From NCBI RefSeq assembly GCF_000143415.4, contig NW_003314280.1, positions 2,091,549-2,155,548 of the forward strand: a stretch of 64,000 nt of DNA. Direction: 5' to 3'. Positions 22,007 through 32,599 of this stretch are shown piece by piece. Source of the stretch: Selaginella moellendorffii. Lineage: Eukaryota > Plantae > Lycopodiophyta. The notes under the pieces are model-generated. The model saw only the letters and a list, made by a program, of their open reading frames with translations, did not search any database and was not told where the DNA came from. Every line of letters starts with the position of its first letter. The first letter of the stretch is position 1. The translations under genes were made by a program, and so were the position numbers.

Positions 22007-24280
22007 ATGGATTTAGCTGTGGCGCCATCGACAAACTCGAAACCCAGCGAGCTTCCACAGTCACGAGAAAAGAAAACAACAGTGGCAGGAAAATCCATCT
22101 CCAGTTTCCTAGTAGCACTCAGGGAATGCTCCAATGCGAGGGACTTGAGAAGTGGAAAAAATCTCCATGTCGAGGCGATCAACAAAGGCTGGAGCTCGAC
22201 CACTTACGTATCAAACAGCCTTGTCAACATGTACGCAAAGTGTGGAAGCTTGGCCGATGCTCGCGAGGTGTTCGACAAGATGCAAACTCGCAGTGTGGTC
22301 TCTTGGAACTCCCTGGTGCTGGGATACGTCGACAATGGCGAGCCAAGAGTGGCGCTGGAGCTCTTTGAAAAGATGCTAGCGGGGAGGAGATGCGAGCCAA
22401 GCGCACTGACTTTCATGGCGGCGCTCAAAGCTTGCGCGGCTATGGCGGCCAGCGAGCACAGCCACAGGGTGGAAGGGAAGTCTCTCAAGCTTCGGTGCTT
22501 GGAGATTGGCATGGTGGTGTACTCTCGAGCCGCCATGGCCGGTTTCGACACAGACATCCTCGTCGCCACCACGCTCGTCAACATGTTTGCAAAGTGTGGG
22601 AGCTTGGACGACGCTCGGAGGATCTTCGACGCCATGCCGAACCACAGCGTCGTCTCCTGGAACGCCATGCTGCTTGGCTGCGTCGAGAATGGTCGCGCGA
22701 AGCTGGCGCTTGATTTGTTCTCCAGGATGCTGCAAACCAAGACTCTCGCGAACTCGAGGACTTTCGTCGCCGCTTTCAAGGCTTGTGCTGCTCTAGCCGA
22801 CGAAGAACAGGGCCGGGAACTCGATGATCGCAGTGGGAAGATACTCAAGCTAAAGTCGCTGGAGACAGCCATGGCGCTCCACCTGCTCGCCGCAAGCTCC
22901 CGCGCCTGCGACCTCTCCGCCAACTTGTTCGTGGTGAGCGGCTTGGTCGACATGTACGCGAAGTCTGGCTGCATGGATCTCGCGCGCCGCCAGTTCGATG
23001 CCTTCCAAGCTCGTCACGACGTGGTGTCAACCACGGCCTTGCTACTGGGATACGCCGAGAACGGCGAGGAGGAGAGAGCGCTGGATCTCTTCTCCAAACT
23101 CCCGGGAGACGTGGAGCCAGGCACGCCAACTTTCGTGGCGGCGATCAAGGCGTGTACCGGCATGGCGGCGAGGGAGGAGCCCCGGCAGCTCGGCAAGCTC
23201 GCGATCAAAGCTCGGTCTCTCGAAACCGGCATGGCGATCCATGCTCGACTGATCGCCTCGCGGTTGCTCGATCTGGACAAGTTCGCGGCGAGCAGCCTCG
23301 TGGACATGTACGCGAAGTGTGGCAGCGCGCTCGACTCAGGGCGCGCTTTCGCCGCGATCGAGCTTCCGGACACCGTCGCGTGGAACGCGCTCATCCTCAG
23401 CTACGCGGACACCGGCGAGGAATCCCTGGCGCTCGAATCCCTCGCGCGGATGGAGCTCGCCGCCGCGGATCGCTGCTCGTGCCGCCCGGATTCCAGGACC
23501 TACGCCGCCGCGCTCAAGGCCTGCGGCAATCTGGCCTCGCTCGCGCAATGCCGGAGGATCCACTCGGCGCTTCTCCGGCGCGGCTTTCGCGAAGAACACG
23601 ACGAGGTCCTCGCGAATTGCCTGGTGGACGTGTACGGCAGGTGTGGCGGCATGAGCGACGCGCGCCGGGTGTTTGACTCTATGCCCGCCGCCGGTCTGGT
23701 GACGTGGAACACGCTCCTGGCTGGCTACGGCCGACAGGGGGACACCGACATGGTGTTCCGGAGCTTGCGGAGCATGTCGCGCGAGGGCGGGCACGCCGAC
23801 ACGGTGACGCTCACGTCGCTCCTGGCGGCGTGCAGCCACGCGGGGCTGGTGGGCAAGGCTCGCCAGATCTTTGGAGCGATCGCGACTGGCGGGGGAAACC
23901 ATGATGGAGTGTTTAGCAGGATCTCTCCGGAGATCGGGCACTACCACGCGATGATCGACATGCTGGGCAGGGCGAACGAGCTCGAGGAGGCGGCGGCGAT
24001 GGTGGCGGCGATGCCATTCCAGCCCAGCGCCGTGACGTGGATGATCCTGCTCAACGCGTGCGCGAAGTGGCGGAACGTCACGGTGGGGCGGCGGGCGTTT
24101 GAGTCGCTGGTACCGCTCGGTGGCGCCGCCGCCGCCGCCGCCGCGCACGTGCTAATGTCCAACATCTACGAGAGCGAGCCTCCTCTTGACACGTGGCAGC
24201 CCCAGCAGCTGCCAAGTGTTCTAGGGGTTAGTCGGACGTGGCCTTTAAATATCTGCCACGTCATGGACACTTTGCCCTAA
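22007..24280 (+). CDS. PLS-class PPR protein with E domain, no DYW; intronless
   Basis: ORF 21920-24280 with first ATG at 22007. Repeated MYAKCG/VSWN motifs; ACSHAGLV...HYHAMIDMLGRA...MPFQP...HVLMSNIY. Confidence 0.93.
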   Translation: MDLAVAPSTNSKPSELPQSREKKTTVAGKSISSFLVALRECSNARDLRSGKNLHVEAINKGWSSTTYVSNSLVNMYAKCGSLADAREVFDKMQTRSVVSWNSLVLGYVDNGEPRVALELFEKMLAGRRCEPSALTFMAALKACAAMAASEHSHRVEGKSLKLRCLEIGMVVYSRAAMAGFDTDILVATTLVNMFAKCGSLDDARRIFDAMPNHSVVSWNAMLLGCVENGRAKLALDLFSRMLQTKTLANSRTFVAAFKACAALADEEQGRELDDRSGKILKLKSLETAMALHLLAASSRACDLSANLFVVSGLVDMYAKSGCMDLARRQFDAFQARHDVVSTTALLLGYAENGEEERALDLFSKLPGDVEPGTPTFVAAIKACTGMAAREEPRQLGKLAIKARSLETGMAIHARLIASRLLDLDKFAASSLVDMYAKCGSALDSGRAFAAIELPDTVAWNALILSYADTGEESLALESLARMELAAADRCSCRPDSRTYAAALKACGNLASLAQCRRIHSALLRRGFREEHDEVLANCLVDVYGRCGGMSDARRVFDSMPAAGLVTWNTLLAGYGRQGDTDMVFRSLRSMSREGGHADTVTLTSLLAACSHAGLVGKARQIFGAIATGGGNHDGVFSRISPEIGHYHAMIDMLGRANELEEAAAMVAAMPFQPSAVTWMILLNACAKWRNVTVGRRAFESLVPLGGAAAAAAAHVLMSNIYESEPPLDTWQPQQLPSVLGVSRTWPLNICHVMDTLP

Positions 24281-24426
24281 AAGCTCTGATTCGTTTGCTG
24301 CCACCATATCGCCCCAGGGAGCACTAGCAAAAGGGACAACTCGTACCCATTCGGATTGTCACTTCACCGTCTCTTAAATCTCTGCTCTCTTTTTCTCCCC
24401 TCTCTCTATCTCTCTCTCTCTCCTCC
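24190..24426 (+). promoter_or_regulatory. Three ABRE/G-boxes followed by a TATA-like site and a CT-rich tract
   Basis: CACGTGGC 24190, ACGTGGC 24236, GCCACGT 24255; TTAAAT ~24374; (CT)n-rich 24380-24426. Confidence 0.45.
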
Positions 24427-25287
24427 AGATCAACTTGCACTTCATCTTTGGTTTCTACTCTATGATCATTTTTGTGTGTGGGCGAAGATCTTTGGTGCCG
24501 AAAGAGACAACGGGACCCCGCCTCTCGCCCCAGCGCATTTCCACGCGAGTCGATTACCTGGGCACCACACGTTGTTGAAATCGACCATTTGTATGTAAGT
24601 CCTCCATGCTACGCGGAATCGGTCTTGAGGCGAACGCAGCCCACATTTTACAATGCAGTTGAGGATAACGGGAAATCAACTCCACACCTTTTCTAGAGCC
24701 CTGGTTTTTGCAAGAAAGATCCAAGTTTTTGACGATGAAAAACACGGAAACTGCGTGACTTTAAGTTTTTCAATCGCATTGTATCACCGCAAGACTATAA
24801 ATAGCATATAGATAGATCGATAAATAGTATATCGTGGTTACATTCATTCAATCATTTGAAGTGCTCGCGTACACCCAAACCCTTCGCACTAGTACTGCCC
24901 GACGATCTTTGCTGCGCCTATAATTCTCTATACTTCTATATATTTCTTTTCTTTTTTGTGGGCTATAGAATTTCACACATTGTTGCTATACTATTCTACT
25001 CCTTGTATCAGATCTTCCATACAAGGGATAATCCGAAAAGAGATAACAATTCCTTGGAGAAGATTCAATGAAACTATATTAAAGTTTTGAGACCAATCTT
25101 TGTTCGTCATTGTCGTCATCTCGGCTATATCATGGCTGGAAGAACGCATACATATAACCAGAGGAAAAACACGGAAACAGAAATTCGAAGTAAAGAACGA
25201 GGAAAGGAAAAAAGAAAAAACGCAAGAGAGACAAACTTCCGCTAGAGCCTGGCTAAAGATCGCCGAGAAATCGGTGATTGATTTTTA

Positions 25288-25767
25288 TCAATCCAACTCG
25301 GAATCCATGTCGATGGTGCTGCCGGTGCTGGCGGTGGTGGACAGGAAAGTGGTGGTGGCGGAGGAGTCGCCGCTGGGGCTGGATTCCAGCGGCGGCGATG
25401 GCTCCTCCTCAGTCTCGGCCTCCTCTAGCTCCTGATCGGTCTCGCCGCCCAATTCGTCGTCCGAATCGTGGCGGAGCATTTGGAGGACGAGCCTCCCCTG
25501 GCTGCGGATGGGCTGGAAGAGCATGAGCTGCGCGCCGTGCGCCGCCTTGATCTCGTGGAGCACCACGCGATTGTTGCTGCGATTGGCCGAGAGGAGCGTC
25601 CACGGCACCTGGAGCGGCAGATGGTTGTAGCTCGTGCGCGCCAGCGATGGCATCGGCGGCGGGAATTCCCCCTTTCTGAAGCGGTGGGGGTGCTGATCGT
25701 CCTCCGCGCTGCTCTTCTCCATTTGGGGCAGCTGGATCACCGAATCGACCATCACGGGACCTCTCAT
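25288..25767 (-). CDS. FANTASTIC FOUR (FAF) domain protein
   Basis: FPPPMPSL...PWTL...RVVLHEIK...FQPIRSQGRLVLQM matches the FAF domain; acidic Ser-rich tail; TATATA ~26050 upstream. Confidence 0.8.
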   Translation of the reverse strand: MRGPVMVDSVIQLPQMEKSSAEDDQHPHRFRKGEFPPPMPSLARTSYNHLPLQVPWTLLSANRSNNRVVLHEIKAAHGAQLMLFQPIRSQGRLVLQMLRHDSDDELGGETDQELEEAETEEEPSPPLESSPSGDSSATTTFLSTTASTGSTIDMDSELD

Positions 25768-26644
25768 TCTTGCCTCCTTTTCTTTTTCTCCTCCCTCGCT
25801 AGCTGGATCGATCAGACGATCCGGGCGCGCGGCGCGACTGGATTGGATTTCAATCGGTTAAAAAACAGAGGAAGATAGAGGAGCGCCAGGCCAGAGGGGA
25901 TCCCAGAATCGATCCAATCGCGCAAAGGGAATCCAATCCAATAGACTGGGAACTGTGATGGGCGCTACTACTGCATTGATCGCTCACGCTCTTGGGTGAA
26001 AGACACAGGAAGAAAACTAAGTGGACTACCTAGTAGCATATGACTGGTGGTATATATAGGAATATCCCCCCGGCGGCTAGGGCTTTGCTTTCACTCTCCC
26101 TATAATTCAAACCAAGAGAATCAGTGTCAGGGCCAAAACTAGCATGCTTCATGACAACACGAAACCATGTATCATAGCCTAATTCTTCTAACGGATTTTC
26201 CCACCGCCACCGCACCACCCAAAACAAAATTTTCTCTTTTTCTCCAGAGAACAAGTGGGATATCCCTTGCATCTTCCATGGACCAATCACATTTACAGGC
26301 ACACGCCCGTTTCGTTTGGCGGAGCCGAGCCGAGTCTACGCTTTCTCTTCTCTCGTTTTTTGTGGTTTTGGAGTTTTCCATTCATCAAAGTTCGTTTGGA
26401 AGTACACACGTCCACAAACAAAAGTTTATGTGTGCACGCTTTGCGGCAGTAGGAAACAACTAGAAAAAGGAGAAGATACTCCTCGTTTGCTGGAATTTTC
26501 TCACCGGTGATCACTCTCGGTTTCTTGCGAAGATCGTATCGTCTCGTCTCGGTCGATCGGTGGCACAAACTCGCATCATGGAAATTAATGGCGAGGAAAT
26601 CGGGCAATGCAGCAAATGCCCAGTGCTGGGATTTCTTTCGAAGA

Positions 26645-26783
26645 TGACGTGGCGGCAATGTTGCCCGGGCCAGCCGGCAATATGACGTGGCGGCATCGGA
26701 TTTGTCTTGTTTTCCACGGCACAACTTATGAGTACATTCCCGTGGCTGGAAAAGCTTGGGCCATCGCTGGGCGTCCACGTGGC
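26645..26783. promoter_or_regulatory. G-box/ABRE cluster between the divergent FAF and DOMON-cytochrome b561 genes
   Basis: ATGACGTGGCGGCA occurs twice (~26644, ~26682), plus CACGTGGC at 26776. Confidence 0.45.
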
Positions 26784-27537
26784 ATCTGGCGTGGAACGCA
26801 TCCAGAGAGGATAAAAAGTCCCCACTTCTCTCTTTTACTTTTCATTTTTTCTGGTGGTTTGTTTGTCCACTGGCTAGAGAAAACTGTTACTCCATAGCCA
26901 TTGGACCAGTGACGCTTTCACGCTTTTAGAGATAGATAGCCCATTTGCGAATGTACCACCTCTGAAGATTAGGGCTCCAGCTTTTGGAGGGCTTCCGTTC
27001 TACTCATCGAACAGGATCTCGCCAACCGCGTTGTCTGCATTGGCCAGCCAGTTTTAGGGCCCCAGTACCTTTGAAATCTCCGCATTTAAAGGCTCAACGT
27101 TGATGTGGTGTCAATCACACAAGCGCCCAGCATTATCATCTCACGCAATCTCTCCTGAAACTCGGGCAAATCGAAATAACAAAAAGAGGACAGCCACTCC
27201 AATTTTCACTTGGCTTTTCACTTAAAAGGCATGGAAGTGATATCAAAATCTCCCAAGGCTGTTGCGGCGAGATCATGTCCTCCCAGAAACTTTGCTAGTT
27301 GCCGGCACGATTCCACAAAATGATACAGGACGATACCTGGAAACTGGTGTCTCGAATGAAAGCCACCACTTTCCCCGGGAGTACCATTGCAACTTGGGGG
27401 ACTCCTATCCGTCCGTGCAATCCAACGGCTGTTATTCAAACAAAAGTATATTCTCCGGCACCGAGAATATACCCCCTCCCGGCAAATTCTTTTAAACTAA
27501 AAGTCAACACTTTTCTAGGTAATGGACTTGTTCTTCC

Positions 27538-28680
27538 ATGGCATACAAATGCCGCCGCCGCCACTGGCCACTGCTTGATCTCATCGCGATCGCTTTATTC
27601 TGCCATGGAGCAAAATCCGAAATGTCTTCCCCGCGGCAGGAAGATCGGTGCTCCACCGATGGTTTGCTCCGAGAATTCGAGCACTGCGTGGCCTTGGGAG
27701 CGCAGGGTGCGTTCCTGGCGTGGAATTTCTTCGCCCAAAACCAGAGCTTGGATCTGGCGTTCTCGGGTGAGTCCCCGGGCTGGGCTGGATGGGGCTACAA
27801 TCCAACCGGGGACAACATGATCGGCAGCAGCGCTCTCATCGCCTTTGGAAACGCCACTGGAGCTCACCTCCATCTCTACAGCATCACCAGCGAGACCTAC
27901 ACGTACCGCTCGCTTCATCCCTCCGCCTCCAATTCCACCCCGGATCTCCAGCTCGCGAGAACAAACTGGATCAAAATCTCTGGAGCGAGCATCCAGTTCT
28001 CCGCCAGGATCAAGTTCCGCTCCAATTCCTCCAGGATCTTCCACATCTGGACGCGAGGAACAGGAGTCAACGGCGATTCACCGCTGCCGCACAGTGTCAC
28101 CCGATCGAGCGAACTGCGAGGGCGAGGGACGCTCGATCTCGCCAATGGAACTGGCGTCCTTGGCAAGGCTCCAAGCCTGGCGCTTAAGATCACACACGGA
28201 TTGCTCTGCGCCTCCTCGTGGGGATTCCTTTTGCCGCTGGGAGCGATCGCGGCGCGATACCTCCGGCGATTCGATCCGGCCTGGTTCTATGCCCACGAAT
28301 GCTGCCAGGGGCTAGGGTTCTTGCTGGGCACCGCCGGCTATGGCATCGGCCTGAGCCTGGGAGCCAAATCTACGGGGATCGAGTACACCACTCACCGCAG
28401 GATCGGCATCACCGTCTTCACCTTGGGATCACTCCAAGCGATCGCGTTCTTCCTCCGCGCCAAGAAGGATCACAAGCTCCGCTGGCTGTGGAGCCTGTAC
28501 CACCGAACCGTGGGCTACACCGTTATCGCCCTGTCGATCGCCAACGTCTTCGAGGGATTAGACATCTTCTCACCGGAGAGAGCGTGGAGAAGAGCCTACA
28601 TTGGCGTGATCGCTGGGCTGGCCTCCATGGCCGCCCTCCTGGAAATCGCAAGAACTCTAAAACCCCAGCTATTTGGCTGA
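27538..28680 (+). CDS. DOMON domain + cytochrome b561 protein (CYBDOM), intronless
   Basis: Signal peptide; GWAGWGYNPTGDNMIGSSALIAF (DOMON); HGLLCASSWGFLLPLGAIAARY, WFYAHECCQ, HRRIG and YHRTVGY carry the heme-ligand His residues. Confidence 0.93.
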   Translation: MAYKCRRRHWPLLDLIAIALFCHGAKSEMSSPRQEDRCSTDGLLREFEHCVALGAQGAFLAWNFFAQNQSLDLAFSGESPGWAGWGYNPTGDNMIGSSALIAFGNATGAHLHLYSITSETYTYRSLHPSASNSTPDLQLARTNWIKISGASIQFSARIKFRSNSSRIFHIWTRGTGVNGDSPLPHSVTRSSELRGRGTLDLANGTGVLGKAPSLALKITHGLLCASSWGFLLPLGAIAARYLRRFDPAWFYAHECCQGLGFLLGTAGYGIGLSLGAKSTGIEYTTHRRIGITVFTLGSLQAIAFFLRAKKDHKLRWLWSLYHRTVGYTVIALSIANVFEGLDIFSPERAWRRAYIGVIAGLASMAALLEIARTLKPQLFG

Positions 28681-29085
28681 TGGTTAACCAAGGGGAAAAA
28701 TAGCTTAAAGGAAAACCACTCCTTGTTTTGATTAAATTATTCTGCGAATGTTACATGGTATATGTGTTTAACTAAGGGGGGAATATAACTTATTTATACA
28801 CCGTCGGATGCGATCAAAACCCACACGAGGTGAAGATCTCATCGTTGGTGTGAAAGTAACAATTGTTTACGTTGGGCTGGCACCTTGCTACCCAGCTACA
28901 CACGCAGCTTAACCGGCCTCCGGTGGCACACTCCACGTAGGGTCCGTGCGAGCACGTCGGAGGCGTGGAGCACACTGCTTTTATTCCAATTTACACCAAG
29001 GCTCTAGTAGCTAGTCAATGAGCGTGGACTAAGAAGGAAGACGACGACGAAGACTAGGTTATAAGAGAGTGGGCTGACCGCGAAT

Positions 29086-30072
29086 CTAGTACGTACCATC
29101 CGTTGCTTGGAGCAGGCGACGGTTGTGATATGCGCTGACCGGCGTGGCGGCGCCGCCGTTGACCTTTTCTTCTCCCATGGTGTAGGAGGTGGTGGGCGCC
29201 TGGGCCTCGAAGGAGGCGCTGGGCGAGATCTGCTGCTCATGGTACGCGGCCACTGGGGAGATTTGATCGAGATGGAGGGAGGAGACCGGCACCTGGGCGA
29301 GGAGGTCCTCGCTCAATCGGCGATCCATCTTGAGCGACGCGGTCGGGGCGAGCTGATCGGGGTGGTGATCCATTCCCACGCTCGCGGCGGGGGCCTGCGA
29401 TCGATCGAAGTACATGTTCTCGAAGGACGCGGTGGGAGTGATGCTCTCCCTGGGGATGTGGTTGATCCCGCGGGATGCGACCGGAGCTTGGGCGGCGATG
29501 AAGTTCCTGCGCTCCTCGCGGGTCATCCCCATCATGGTGTCGAGCTCGCGATCGAGATTGGCGAGGGAGACGGTGGCCGGCTTGAGCGACGCGGTGGGAG
29601 CTTGCGAGATCTCCTCGATGTTCATCCGGCCTCTGTTCATGCCAAAGGAGGAGGTTGGTGCCTGGGACTCCCTCTCCATCGCCACAGGGACTTGCGCCGC
29701 CGCCTCCCAGTTCTCCATTCCAAATATCCTGGAGGCTGTGGGAGCTTGCGCCGCTGCCTCCCACTTCTCCATTCCAAAGTTCTTGGAGGCGGTGGGAGCT
29801 TGCGCCTCGCGGTAGAAGGCGGCGGTCGGCACTTGGGCTCTCTCGCGGATGGAATCATAGCCGAAGGACGCAGCGGGGGCTACTTGCTCTGGCTCGTACG
29901 AGGCCACTGGAGCTTGATCCAAGTTAGACAATGCCTCTGGAATTCACACACGATCAGCACAGTTCTTTCTCTTCTCCATCGAGGAGCAATCCGATCGAAG
30001 GGGCAGCTTACCCGAGAACCGCATCACCAGAGCAATGCTCAAGAGAGCAAAGACCAGCTTGGAGCTCCTCAT
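29086..30072 (-). CDS. Unknown secreted Cys-free repeat protein (~303 aa, ~17 QAPTAS-like motifs)
   Basis: Exon 1 30072-30012 encodes the signal peptide MRSSKLVFALLSIALVMRFS. Intron 30011-29937 (GTAAGC...TTCCAG). Exon 2 is in frame to the stop at 29086. TATAAAA lies ~90 bp upstream. Confidence 0.85.
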
Positions 30073-30370
30073 CTTTGCTTCTCCAAAAAGAGCGAGTGAT
30101 CGGTCGATCGACTAGGAAGAGTCCGAGAGCCTACATTTTGCCTCCTAGCCCGCTGGATTTTATACCCGCGGCAAGGGTGGCCAATTGTGCCTTTGTTTTT
30201 TACCTCGCAAGGCATGCTTCATGCCTTCCCAAGTGGAGAGGTTCATAAGGAACTGGCTAGTGCCATCCTGGCCTGACGCGTGGCACGTGAGAACAAATCA
30301 CAGCCATACAATGCGGACCATGTGTAAAGGCCCTAAAACCCTCGTGATTTTAGGGCTCCTTCCTCCTGTG

Positions 30371-32152
30371 ATGGAGGAGGAGCGCGGGGGAAGCGATGGC
30401 GGCTTGCGCGGCAGCGCTGTGGCATTGATGTGCGTCTACGCGTTTTGTCTCCAGTTCACGCCGTCGGAGCCATACCTGGTGCCATTTCTCACCAAGGTGA
30501 AGGGATTCAGCAATAATGTGGTAAGAATTAGCTTAATCAGCTAGAGTGTGGCTCTGGGAATTCGATCGCTCACGAGGATTGAGCCACACTCGCAGGTCAC
30601 CACCGAGATTTTTCCAGTGTCGGTGTACTCTACGCTGGTCTTTACGCTTCTAGCCGCGCCTGCGTGTACTTATCTCAAGTATCGCTCGGTCATTTTGATT
30701 GGTACGTGAGTGAGTGTTTCGTTTTGATGATTCACAGTGCTCGGTTCTTCCAGGTACTTTAGGTCGTTTGTCGACGTTTTTTATCCTTCTTTTCGGAAGA
30801 TCATTGCTCTCAATGCAGCTTATGCAGGTTTGTGACAACCTCAGAGAATTTTGAGTTTTAGTTCTGATGTGTTTCCTTGTTTTTCTTTCTAGGCTACGTA
30901 TGCGTTGGGAGTCGCCAGCGATCTCGTTTTTTCTTCCTACCTTTTTGTTCTCGTCAAGGAGAACATGTATCAGTCGCTGGTACGTGCGCACAATTTTGAG
31001 AAAAGTTCTTAGTTTCTTTTGGGAACTACAGACTAGTTTCACTCAGGCCTCATCCACATTTTCTTTTTTCATTGCTGCTGAGCTAAGTAGGTCCGGTCAG
31101 TGGGATCTCTAGGAACTGACTGGTTATATTTCCTTTCCTTTTCTCAGGTCAGCTCCTCGTTTCGGAGGGGGTTAACTTGATCGTTCTACTGTACATTTCA
31201 ACGTGCATGGTATCCATGGATAGAAATGTTCTCGGAAGATTGTGCTGACGATTTGCATCTGTGCTAGGTTGCACTTGCGTTGGTAGCATGCGTTTTTCTT
31301 CCGGTGGAAATGCGACACTGGATCGATGTATCTAGCTTGGGAGACTTGGAACTGGACTGGGAAACTCCTACTTCTTCCTGTCAGGTATGGCATATCGTAG
31401 ACGGCCTTCGGCTTCCCCACTTACAACGACGTTTGGTCTTAGAACTTCGTGGAATTGGTGAAAGCTACCTGGAGCAATCGAAGTCTACAACTACTGTCTC
31501 TCTGGTGGGTTTAAGATGTTCTTAGATGACTTAACCACGCATCGTTTTTTGTAGGTGGGCTTTTCAGCTAGGCGGCACGGCGATGATCGAGAATTACGGC
31601 ACGAATCTGTTCGATGCTGTCGATCCAACGTCCATCTACAACGGCCATGTCATTGCTGCAACGCAAGGGGCGTCTTGTGTTGCAGCTCTCATCGCTGTTC
31701 CAGCTTCTCGCTACACGTCAAAGGCTGGTGGTCTGCTCTACGCCGGAGGATCTGGACTGACATGGCTGCTGTGCGTTGTACTGTCCCGCTCCAAGTCCTT
31801 GTGGATCGTGCACGCAGCATACATCTTGTGTGTTGCTCTGAACAAGTTCCTTCTTTGCATCCTCTACGTCCAATGCGCTCGGTTTCTCTCTCACGGCCAC
31901 TTTATTTTCTTGTTCAGCCTCAATGCTGTGGCAGCTCTGCTTGTCCAATCCTCTCTCCAGGCGTTCGTGGTACGTTTCGATTTGTTTCTGTGCCTGACCA
32001 GTTTCCTTTTCTCGTTTCTGCAGGAAGTCCTGAACGCCAACTTGTCCGCTCAGTTCTACTATGTTGGAAACTATTTTCTAGTGCTAACCATTGTCTTTGC
32101 TGTGCTTGTGAAGGCATACTATCAATCGAGCAATGCTACATTACTTCGTTAA
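30371..32152 (+). CDS. Reduced folate carrier / SLC19 (folate-thiamine transporter)-like MFS protein, copy 2
   Basis: CVYAFCLQFTPSEPYLVPFL..KGFSNNV|VTTEIFPVSVYS..YLKYRSVILIG resembles SLC19 TM1-3; also LLSLW|WAF, IYNGHVIA, FLFSLN. Confidence 0.82.
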
Positions 32153-32599
32153 AGATAGAAAAACTGTTAAGTTGTTTTTTCTCCTGTTTTACTAATCCAA
32201 TCTTGTCTAGTTCTTCCTGTTCTGTGACAACCAGCCAGCAATCCTCTCTGGTTTGTTTCATCCCCAGGAATGTGTCCTCCAGTTTTCACCGCTTTCTAAG
32301 TTTCAGCAGGCCTTTCCCAATTGCAACAAGCTTCTCCAGATTCTCCGGGCCTGCGCAGCCAGACGTCTACAAAACTTGCAAAGAAAAAACAGGCAAAAGA
32401 GAGAAGCATGGATCGCAGGAAGTTTTGCTCGATCGAAAGAGCAAGGGTTTAGGTCTTATGGAATTCATATTTACGAATATGCGTCTGTTTGAAAAACTCA
32501 TCGCCAGCCGTCCATCTCGGAAATGGACGGCCAGCGCGTGTGCATTGCCACGGCGAAGAGAGAAGAAAGAGCAGAGCCACACACTTCTTTGATGTGAGG

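Noticed and set aside
24478-24498. Loose resemblance to a miR399 complementary site (GGGCGAAGATCTTTGGTG)
   Set aside because: It needs several mismatches, wobbles and a gap, and lacks the 3-nt bulge of IPS1-type mimics.
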